Shown here: piece after piece, positions 54,174 through 64,000 of the stretch | Numbering within the stretch: the first letter of the stretch is position 1 | Layout of the letters: each line of letters starts with the position of its first letter | Assembly: GCA_951406725.2 (NCBI GenBank) | Contig: OX597816.1 | Span: forward strand, 16,678,001 to 16,742,000 | Length of the DNA stretch: 64,000 bases | From: Octopus vulgaris | Taxonomy: Eukaryota | Direction: 5' to 3' | Translations under genes and position numbers: made by a program | Notes under the pieces: generated by a model | The model's input: only the letters and a program-made list of their open reading frames with translations | Told to the model about the DNA's origin: nothing | The model's database searches: none

Positions 54174-56104
54174 TCACACATTTTAATGGTGGTGCATCAG
54201 CATGGCCGCAGCTCTGAGTTGAAGCTACAGAAAAAAATATATATATATTTGTTCTATCCAAAAAAAAAACCTAATGTGATTGAAGGAAATTATGAATATC
54301 TGCTCTATTACAATTGTATCTTCATGACATGACAAAACAGTTAAATTATGAAAATTACAAAAATACCATGTTGCATTTGTACCTTCAAGATACAGGAGAG
54401 CTGCTCTATATTTGGCAATTTTGAAGTTACAAATCTTTAGATGACAAGCTACTTAAACTTTAAACATTTAAAGCTAAAACTTTTTCAAACTTGAACTTTA
54501 TAAAACTCTTGAATTTTATCAATCCCTGCCTCCTGTTGACCTTTAACCATTTTCCAACCTCTCAGCACATTTCTATTGATCCCTAGAGGTCTACATGAAT
54601 CACTTTGGGAACTCCTACTTTAGACTGCTTGGTTCAAAAGGTAATACCAAATAGCAGATTGATTAATGAGATGCCAGAAATAGAGTTACATTAAGCTTTA
54701 AATCCAGTCAACCCAAGAATAAGACAAAAGACAAAATAGAGAAATGCAATTCTCAAGACTTTTATAACCCTTGTCAGCTAAAGAAATGGGTATTAAATTA
54801 GTGCTTTTTAAGGTTAGGATCAGTATTTCTCAAGATAATATAAAGTTAGAGATAAATTCAGCATACGATAACTTATTGATTTAGCAACATAAAGTTTTTC
54901 TCATAGATATACAAAGTTAGATATTTCCTTGGTGGGTATTATTTATAGATTATTCTTTTCAAGTTGAGGCTGCTTCAAAATAAAACTGTTTTAAGTGATA
55001 ACTTGAAATATGATTCCATAAAAATATAAGTATAGTATACAATATATTTTTGTTTTGAACCAATTGCAGATAGTGATTCACAGTAAGTATTGTAGCTTAT
55101 GCAGAATCTGTCTCCAGAGGCTATTTCTACACTTGGAGTTAATATAGATGCATCTGCTGAAATAGCGACTGAAATTCCAATTCCATTTATGAAAAAAAAT
55201 ATGGTCAGATTTTGATCTGAAATTTCTTTGAAAGTAATTTTATTTACATTCATATTTCCCATAAGAGTACATGTGAAAAGGATGATCTCATCCTTAGAGT
55301 GATAAAGTTGATTTTTTTTAATCTTTGAAGTTTAAAATAGTAAATATTTTTCAGAAAATATTTCTCATAGATGACTATTTTTTTGTATATACTGCAAAAG
55401 GATTTCATCAAATCTACTTTCATAAGAATTTATGCTTAGATAATTTTATAGATAAAGGTTTCCAGTGAGAATACTAGAACTACTCAACCCTAAATAAAAT
55501 TGGAATTTTGCAGAATGAACTAAATATGTCAAAGAATTTTACCTGATTCTTTATCATCGCAGTAAACACTACTAACCATTTAACTTTGTAATCAAAGTTG
55601 AATTATAATACACATCAACGTAAACTCCACTTGTTTGAGTGTTATCTCATCCTTTGAGATTGTCCTCAATGTCTTGGGCCTACGTAAACAATGAAATATC
55701 ACCATCACCACCACTGCCACTGCTACTGCCATCATCATCATCATCATCATCATTATTATTCAAAAGTTACTACTTGTTAATTCTGAGGTTTGGTGACAAC
55801 AACCTCCCTGAAATCTCAAGTATCTTTCTTAGGATTTTTGCGGAATACAGGGTGAAATTTTCCTGAAATACATGTCTCAAATTTAATAACCTTCATCCTC
55901 ATAGGTTGCCAAATGTGCTAATTACCACAAGGACTATTGTCATCCTTAAGCCAATAATCTTACAATGCCTATTCTTTAAGCCTTGTATAGAAATAACTGG
56001 TCTACTCGTTCCAGTAATATGATCAATCTTCAAGGAGAAATCTCATAGACCCTGATGCTTAATATTCCCTAGTCACAGCCTCTGACTTGTGTTCATGCTA
56101 ATTA

Positions 56105-56311
56105 TTGAGGTCGTCGCCAGTACCGCCCTACTGGCCCCGTGCTGGTGGCACGTAAAAGCACCCACTACACTCTCAGAGTGGTTGGCGTTAGGAAGGGCAT
56201 CCAGCTGTAGAAACTCTTCCAGATCAAGATTGAAGCCTGGTGCAGCCATCTGGTTCACCAGCCCTCAGTCAAATCGTCTAACCCATGCTAGCATGGAAAG
56301 CGAACGATGAT
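56105..56311 (+). mobile_element. RTE 3'-tail repeat
   Basis: Same family. Confidence 0.8.
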
Positions 56312-56844
56312 AAATTTTTTCTCTCTTTCATTTTTGTCCCAACTCAATAATCCAATGCTGTCTTTATTTCTTCCTCCCACATTTCCAACTCTGATTATCT
56401 TTATTCCATCATTCTTGGTAAGGTTCACTTGTCCCATCTATGCACCACAAGTGACTTTAGTTTCCTCATATTTTTTGAGAGGAAGGTAGTAATTTCAATA
56501 TCACAATGAGGAATGACAAGACAAAGACTTGCAACTGGCAGTCATACAATGTAACAAATGAACACAGTTGGGCAGTCAGCATCTAAATTGACAACTCCAC
56601 TGAGCACACTTGGTAGAGTTAACTGTTAATTGATCACTCTACAGGAGGGAAAACAAAACCTTTCAAAATGGTGGTGAACTCAGGAGAGTCAAAGGCCATC
56701 CAAAATAGTGTATCTATATTAATTTTATTACTATTGCCATTTGAAAAAATTACAAGATTTGTCAACTATCAGTGTTTTCGTAATCAATTTGAAAAAATCC
56801 ACTGCATGGGTGATTAGCCCATTCAACTTCATCAGTTTTACCTG

Positions 56845-57161
56845 TTTCCATCTCTCACGATGAGGATGAGGGTTTGGGCTTATTTCGATTAGGGAGAAAA
56901 TATTTAAGAAAAAGTGGAAGTGGATTGGTAGCACAATTAGAAAAGACACACCAAATGTAACGAAAAGTGCTTTACAATGGAATCCGTATGGATATAGAAG
57001 GAGAGGTAGGCCTAAGAACTTGTGGTGTAGATCAACACAAAAGGAACTAGAGAAAGCGGGACATTCATGGCAGAAGCGAAAAATTATGTGACATGAAATT
57101 CAATTATAAATGGCCTATACTCCGTGTTGGAAGGTTAAAGGCAGTAAAAAAAAAAAAAAAA
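56845..57161 (+). mobile_element. RTE/BovB-like LINE 3' end with poly(A)
   Basis: RKKWKWIGSTIRK..ALQWNPYGYRRRGRPKNLW..ELEKAGHSW followed by an A-tract. Confidence 0.75.
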
Positions 57162-58974
57162 CTATTGTCATTAGGAAGGGGTCAATGTAATTGACTAGTC
57201 CCCTTCTACAAAATTTCAGGCCTTGTTCTTATAGTAGAAAGGATTACTGTTGTTATTATTATTTAGAGAAACAGAGAGCATTACATGCTATCAAAGTGAT
57301 GCTGGAGTGCAAATATTCGAAGCCCAGTATACCTGTCAGAACTACCCATCTGATAAGAGTACATCAAGCACATGCATCGCAACCACAAGTGCATGACATG
57401 ATGATCTCATATCAAGATAAACAGCACAAAGGCTTCTAAATGGGGCCCAGTTAGAATTTTCTTCAGGTCAAGTAGTCCATCCTACTCAAAATGTCCCTGA
57501 ATAAAGGTTGTTTAAAGATAATGATTGAAACACCCACATTATCCAGGGGTGAATTATTTAAACACCAAAGAATCCTCTCAGCATATGGCTATGATGCTCC
57601 CCTACTACTCCAGCTCACGAGCAGAGATGCACATATCGTCAGCCACTAAGGGACATGTTCAACTGGTTAAGGTCAAACAACTGACAAGTAAATCTGTGGT
57701 ATGGAGCAGAATATTTGCTGTAGCCCATCTTTAGTCAGATTTTGATTATTTAAATTATTCATAAATTTTGTTTTCATCTCTCTCTAATAAATGACACCAA
57801 GTTATAAGTGTAAACTGATAGCAAATATATATTGTCAGTGGTTAATGCCCACAATGCCAGAGACAGAACATGAGTTTTGTTATAAATTCTCTGATACATC
57901 ATATCATCCATGGGTTGGCTACATGTGACTTGATACATGCAACCAGTGGTTATAAGCATTTCACCTTAATACAATACAATAAGTTTCTTGCTATCATATC
58001 TTAGATTATATGATTCCTTTCTTCAACATTTTGATCAACTGAGACATGTAAAATCAGTCATATCGCTCAAATACAAATGAAATACTTGCAGCAGATTTAA
58101 ACTCAACATTTATATCTTGGTTACCCAACCAGAAATTTAACAACTAACAGTGGAGAAAAACAACAAATATTACATTCTTCAAGGTTTGATAAATATACTA
58201 AAATTAGTCTTCTAAATAAAATAGTTGTTGAATATCAAAGTATCTACAATATCTTTATCTACCTTTGATTCAAGGTTTTTCCATTTTCCTTGTACACCAG
58301 ATTACCCTAAGCTCATTGAGTTATATGCTTTCTATTGTATAAGACGTATGATTGAAGGTTAGAAGGGAAAAATGATCTTTCCATATTCATATAAATTCTT
58401 TGAAGCCTTTTTATCTGTATCAATTGTATACTTACAAGAATTATTTTATGGACTTGACAACAGTGAAGATAATACATGAAGATATTTATTGAGTGAAAAA
58501 AAAATATCTTTAACGTATAGATATTCTTTTTCATGCACTACTTACATGTTTACAATTCTTTGTATACCAATATGCATTATATACATCATCTAGTCTTTTT
58601 AGTTGTCTGTGTTTTAACACAAAAAATATATAAACCAACATGCTATCTTCAAATTGTTTGGTTATATTTTTGTATACATTCAAAGTTATTAGGCAAAGAT
58701 GGTGAAGTGGCAGAGTCATTACAGTATTGTATGAAATATCTAACAGTATATATTCTACCTTCTTGCATAGCGAGTTCAAATTCTGCAGAGACCAACTTTG
58801 TGTGCCATCCTTTCAACTTATTTTAGAACATAGTTGAGTCCATAAAATAGGATTTGACTACAACTCCATTTAGGGCACAGTTTAAGCTATCTTTATGTGG
58901 AAAAAGGTTTATGTTCCTAGAACCTGTGTTAATTCTGTAACCCTTTAAAATGGAAGATAATGAAGTTCATTTTT

Positions 58975-59322
58975 GGCACTTGATGCTTTGGGAAACAGAC
59001 AAAAATTGCTGCAGCTCAGCTGGGATGTGTTACCCCACCTACCATATTCACCAGATATTACTCCTTCGGATTTCCACTTATTAGGGTCTCTGCAGAATAG
59101 TCTTAATGGTAAAAATTTCAATTCCTTAGATGACGTAAAAAATTCTTTGCCATGAAACCACCTCAATTCTGGGAAGAGGGTATTTTCAAGTTAAAGGAAA
59201 GATAGAGATGCACTGTGCAACAAAATGGTTCATATTTTGTTGATTAAAAATGTAATGGCAAGTATTTATTGACCTTTTTCTTTCCTTTAAAAATCGGCAC
59301 AAACTTTCCGGATAACACAATA
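58975..59322 (+). mobile_element. Tc1/mariner (mariner-type) transposase C-terminal fragment with right TIR
   Basis: RQKLLQLSWDVLPHLPYSPDITPSDFHLL matches the mariner HPPYSPDLAPSDF motif; TIR-like end aaactttccggataacacaaTA. Confidence 0.85.
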
Positions 59323-59369
59323 GTTTGAATTCTAGGATACTCAGATACTCAGTTTCTATAGGATATAAG

Positions 59370-59560
59370 TTATCAAGATCAACATTCCCTTTGAACGTGA
59401 TGTTAGTTCATTATAAGGTTACTCATTTACTGCCAAGTAAACTGGAGCAAGGTAAAATGAAGTGTTTTGCTTAAGTTCACAATGTGCTGCCTGGTCTGGG
59501 AATGAAAACCATGATCTTACAATCATGAGCACAACACTTAGCCACCAGGACACATACCTT
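59370..59560 (-). mobile_element. Decayed tRNA-derived CORE-like SINE
   Basis: Minus strand ggttttcattcccagacc..gcaaaacactt..ttgctccagt. Confidence 0.55.
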
Positions 59561-59623
59561 TACCCACCAAAAGCCATTAGTTTCAGCAGCCCTAATAAAG
59601 GCCATGAACATTGAATTTCTTTA

Positions 59624-59858
59624 TACCTATTTCTTTACTACCCACAAGGAGCTAAACACAGAGAGGACAAACAAGGACAGACAAATGGATTAAGTCGATT
59701 ACATCGACCCTAGTGCATAACTGGTACTTAATTTATCGACCCCGAAAGGATGAAAGGCAAAGTTGACCTCGGCGGAATTTGAACTCAGAACGTAGCGGCA
59801 GACGAAATACCGCTAAGCATTTCGTCCGGTGTGCTAACGTTTCTGCCAGCTCACCGCC
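59624..59858 (-). mobile_element. SINE family S2, monomer
   Basis: Head ggcggtgagctggcagaaacgttagc, ends gtgggtagtaaagaaataggtat. Confidence 0.85.
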
Positions 59859-60025
59859 ACGTGATAAATGGGGAATATAATGGGATACAGTTGCATCACA
59901 GGATCAATAAATATTGAAACCATGCTGAGTAAATATTCTAAATGTAAGAAAGACAGTAATACAGTTAATGAAATATTATCTAATTATGTAAGGGAAGTAT
60001 GAATTAGAAAATAGTGACTACTTAC

Positions 60026-60559
60026 TCTGAATAAGTCCAGGCTGAGTCCAAAATGGCCCAGTGAGAGGAAATAATCCACCAAGGTAAACTTTTTTTTTTG
60101 TTGAAATAATTTTAGGAAACCATCGTTTCCATATATGTTCGTGATCTTTTACCCAGCTACAGGCAACTTTACTTGCCCGTATGCTCGGTCTTAAACTTTT
60201 TGCATTGCTATAAAACTGAAGCAAATCTGCGTATTCCTCTTGCGTAAAAGACATCCGAGAAACAGCTTCGTATGCCCGGGGAGCTAATTTAGAAAGAGCT
60301 GGTGATGTCATTTTAGTTAGTTGGTTGAGTTTGAAATTACAGTAGATTGGGTTAGGATCATAAGGACATGATGGGAATTTGATCTGTGTGAAATTGTGAT
60401 TGAGTGTGAGTGGACTTGGCCACCAATCATAAAACAAGACAGGTAAACCCCGCTGTGCACGCTGACGAACAAAGTCTGTCAAATAATGTCCTATCCAAGC
60501 TACAATCACTGGTAAGTTGAGCGTATTTATCTGAGACTGTAGAAGATGATAGTTCATTT
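60026..60559 (-). CDS. Internal coding exon: C-terminal half of ProX/OpuAC-like domain plus first strand of a GABA-B/ANF-receptor-type ligand-binding domain
   Basis: Acceptor tttctgtttcttttcacag|AA ATG and donor CAG A|gtaagt; 534 bp open frame; motifs PVLFYDWWP, LTKMTSPALSKLAPRAYEAV, VACSWVKDHEHIWKRW, then KVYLGGLFPLTGPFW. Confidence 0.9.
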
Positions 60560-61346
60560 CTGTGAAAAGAAACAGAAATCAAAACAGATTTAACAACATC
60601 AATAGTATATCTGGTATAAGATGTATAAATACAAAAATATGTTTTGAGATTTCCATCGCTTGAAATGGCTATAGAAATATTGATTTATTGTGTTCATTCA
60701 ATTTTTTATACAATGAAATAATGAAGACTTTCCTGAAACACTTAAAGGTTAATTTTAGAAAGAATTTTAACAAGAATATTTCTTGCTATCTTAAAAATTA
60801 TTTTCCGAGTCTGAAAGTGACAGAGTGTGTTTTAGTATATTTACTCAATCTATACAAAGGAGCAACCAAAACTCTTAAAAGTTACATATCCTCTGAAATA
60901 ATTACCACACATATTTAGGTACTAAAGAAATTACAATAGTAAACCTTGTCACCGTTACCGCTATGATCACATGATCACAAACAAAATCATTGACAATGGG
61001 TATGGATATTTTACTCATTACCGATGAAGGGATGCAGTTAATCTTTTGATGAACTATTTCACGCCACAATTTAGCCAACATGAACCAACAACAATATGTG
61101 AATTGTAAGACCCTAACTACGAATGAAATATCATTTCAAAGCTGATTGGGGCCTAAATTGTTGGTGCTCTTCACCTTCTGCATCGAAATTGGTTGAAGTA
61201 AAGAAACTGACATTTTACAAAGAATTATTTTGTATTTTCCATTTGTTTAGATTAGAGTAATATCTATGATATAAAATGATTAAAATTCTTAAACAGTTAA
61301 GAAGCACTTTTGTAGGGCAAATAGAATGAGAAGACAGAATGCTTAC

Positions 61347-61618
61347 CTGGGTAACTTGATAATAGTATAAGGCAACCACCACTGAGGTATTTACAACCTG
61401 GCCCTAGTAGGAAACCATTCACACAGTCTTTCTCTTTACACAATGGTTCTGCTCCCTGATTAAGTCTTTTTGTCATCACATTTTCAAGTACAGACAATGA
61501 ATCATTCAATGAAAACCTAGCAATTACTTGGGGTAGTCGTAGAGCCCGCCAATGATCAATGAATATATTTTGTGACCAGAATTCTGTTGCTATATCTGTC
61601 GGAATAAACCAGCCAGCT
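61347..61618 (-). CDS. Internal coding exon of a receptor-like gene; N-terminal part of a ProX/OpuAC-like periplasmic-binding domain
   Basis: Acceptor ttttctattttttctag|A GCT GGC TGG and donor TAC CCA G|gtaagc; 272 bp open frame (R)AGWFIPTDIATEFW...CLILLSSYP; its phase-1 end matches the phase-1 start of the next exon (G+AA=Glu). Confidence 0.85.
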
Positions 61619-61999
61619 CTAGAAAAAATAGAAAATAAAAGGATATACAATTAGATTTGAAAAATTTAAAAAGTTAGAGTTGATGAGGTCATTAATTTAA
61701 ATGCAAAAATCTTTTAGCTAAAAATAAAATATCTCTGTAAACAATTTGTTGAAGGTCTTTGATCTGAAAGAGATTTGTGAAAATTTAATAATATCAATAG
61801 TTCAATGGAAAGATTTTTGAGTCCAAGTGAAAGACATTTTTTTTGTTTTTTACTTGTCTCATTTTAAATAAATCTCAAAATAAATTTGTATCAAACAGTT
61901 CTAACACTTTGTGCCATTCACATAAAAAAACCCAACATTTACACAAAAAGGAAGAACAAATTACAATACATTTATTATTACACAAATGTATTTATATTG

Positions 62000-62383
62000 A
62001 GGACGCAAAGTGGCTAAGTTCCTTTCGAGTGATGGACCTCATGGCGGCAAAGTGGCTGAGTTCCTTTTGACTTCTAGGCCTCATGGAGGCAATGACTGAA
62101 ACCTTTGGCATTATGTCATGATTGAGAAGCCCCTTCAAGCCGAGCAAAATTGCAGTTGTGGCACATACTGGTGTCACACAAATGGCACCCATGTTGGTGG
62201 CACATAAAAGCACCCATTACACTCTTGGAGTGGTTGGCATTAGGATGGGCATCCAGCAGTAGAAAACCATGCCAAATCAGACTGGATTTGGCATGGTTTT
62301 TCCAGCTTACCAGCCCTAGTCAAACTGTCCAACCCATGCCAGCATAGACAACAGACATATGATGATGATGATGATGATGATGA
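62000..62383 (+). mobile_element. RTE 3'-UTR/tail repeat, variant subfamily
   Basis: Tandem cctcatggaggc/gcaaagtggct units then common tail and (GAT)n. Confidence 0.75.
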
Positions 62384-62518
62384 TCTGAAGGACACAGTTC
62401 TGAAGATTTGGGATTAAAATGAACTTATATAAAATATGGTAAGTGATGTGTCTTCCTGGGTGAGATGAATGATCATGAAAAGAAGTTCAGCTATTCATAA
62501 AAGGCAATAATAAATATA

Positions 62519-62695
62519 AACAAGAGCTCTCAGAGAGTGCAAACCTCTGCCAAGGCAACACTCATGTCCTCTCAATGATTAGCCAGAGATGACTTTTAAA
62601 ATGAGAATATCTGAAATAAACTCAACTACTCTCACAAGCGAGAATACTAAAAATGAACCCAACTGCTCTCAAAAATTAAGTAACAAACCTGGAAA
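62519..62695 (+). mobile_element. Possible truncated Helentron/HINE-type element 5' end
   Basis: Starts aacaagagctctcagagagtgcaaacctctgccaaggc, resembling the AACAAGAG..ACCTCCGCCAAG 5' ends I recall for such elements; 3' end not found. Confidence 0.4.
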
Positions 62696-62904
62696 AAGGA
62701 GTTTAATAAGGATTTTGCATCTCATTACAACTTCATTTTCTTCTTGATATTTTTTTCACAAAAATCAATTAGAATATAGTACTAATAACATATTTCCATT
62801 TACTTTATCATATATACATGTTCAGCAAATGCAACACTGATTTTTTTTTTTCAAATATATAAGTGTAAAATTTGTAGCACCATGTTTTTATAAACAAACA
62901 TTTT

Positions 62905-63063
62905 ATAGGAGTGGCTGTGTGGTAAGTAGCTTGCTAACCAACCACATGGTTCCGGGTTCAGTCCCACTGCGTGGCACCTTGGGCAAGTGTTTTCTACTAT
63001 AACCTCGAGCTGACCAAAGTCTTGTGAGTGGATTTGGTAGACAGAAACTGAAAGAAGCCTGTC

Positions 63064-63119
<56 letters not shown>

Positions 63120-63322
63120 ATGTTTGTGCATGTGTCTCCCAACATCGCTTGACATCGATGCTGGTGTGTTTATGTATCCCATAACTTAGCGGTTCGGCAA
63201 AAGAGACCGATAGAATAAGTACTAGGCTTCCAAAGAATAAGTCCTGGGGTCGATTTGCTTGACTAAAGGTGGTGCTCCAGCATAGCTGCAGTCAAAATGA
63301 CTGAAACGAATAAAAGAATAAA
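62905..63322 (+). mobile_element. SINE family S1
   Basis: ggagtggctgtgtggtaag A box, ggttcagtccc B box, (TA)n(TG)n, tail aaaagaataaaa. Confidence 0.85.
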
Positions 63323-63585
63323 AGGCATTCTATAGTTAAAGTTATTAACCAGCATTTTATTTCTTCAATGTTATTTCTTGTTATAACGTTTATATTAAGA
63401 AAGATGGAATTTTTAATCTTTATCTGTTTTCCAGTACAAGTTAATACACAGATAACAATCATGTTTTCTGAGGATTTTAAAAAATCTTTTTGAAGAATCA
63501 CTCAAAACTGCAGGAAGAACGAAGTATACTATGTTCAAAATGTTGAGTATAAGATATCTTATGCTGCAGAGCTACTAAAATATGG

Positions 63586-63932
63586 CATCATCATCATAGT
63601 TTAACGTCCGTTTTCCATGTTAGCATGGGTTGGACAGTTCGACCGGGGTCTGGGAAGCCAGGAGGCTGCTATCCAAACTCCAGTCTGATCTGGCAGTGTT
63701 TCTACAGCTGGATGCCCTTCCTAACGCCAACCACTCCGTGAGTGTAGTGGGTGCTTTTCACGTGCCAGGCGAGGCTGGCAACGGCCACGATCAGTTGGTG
63801 CTTTTACATGCCACCGGCACGGAGGCCAGATGAGGCAGCGCTGGCAACGGCCACGTTCGGATGGATCTTTTTACGTGCCACCAGCACTGGTATCACAACT
63901 ACAATTTCCATTGACTTTTTGATCGATTTCGA
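63586..63932 (-). mobile_element. RTE 3'-UTR/tail repeat
   Basis: Same family, reverse; older copies also near 13790-13975, 48311-48530 and 53717-53870. Confidence 0.8.
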
Positions 63933-64000
63933 TCATGTAATACATATGCACACATGTACAAAATGATGTTGCCCTGATTCAAAGTTTGTGGCATGAAACT

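Noticed and set aside
54975-55262. Candidate next exon of the receptor gene
   Set aside because: No Venus-flytrap similarity and no convincing splice sites
57266-57732. Unique-looking GC-richer segment with short ORFs
   Set aside because: No motifs or splice signals; probably an interspersed repeat I cannot classify from this window

Overview
AT-rich, repeat-dense eukaryotic DNA. The repeat families (tRNA-derived SINEs with internal microsatellites, RTE LINE tails ending in (GAT)n, long (TA)n/(CATA)n tracts) look like Octopus/cephalopod sequence, which is an inference. The only host coding sequence I can support is two splice-compatible minus-strand exons (61618-61347 and 60559-60026). They encode a ProX/OpuAC-like (type 2 periplasmic-binding) domain followed directly by the start of a GABA-B/ANF-receptor-type Venus-flytrap domain. 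I found no further exon in the remaining ~60 kb. The rest is a transposon landscape: a TSD-flanked short-LTR Ty3/Gypsy element (27027-30316), two more decayed Gypsy remnants, RTE, R4/Dong-like, HERO-like and L2/CR1-like LINE fragments, a mariner fragment, four non-autonomous Helitrons, a Kolobok-like MITE, several SINE families and a 5S rRNA-headed SINE-like copy. The most striking observation is four unrelated microsatellite-inserted elements, three of them fold-back palindromes, each carrying a minimal Penelope-type hammerhead ribozyme motif. In these motifs the normally invariant core pair 3-8 co-varies: C-G at 9.5 kb, G-C at 25 kb, and U-A at 3.5 kb and 23.2 kb. Almost all ORFs in the supplied track are microsatellite or repeat artefacts.
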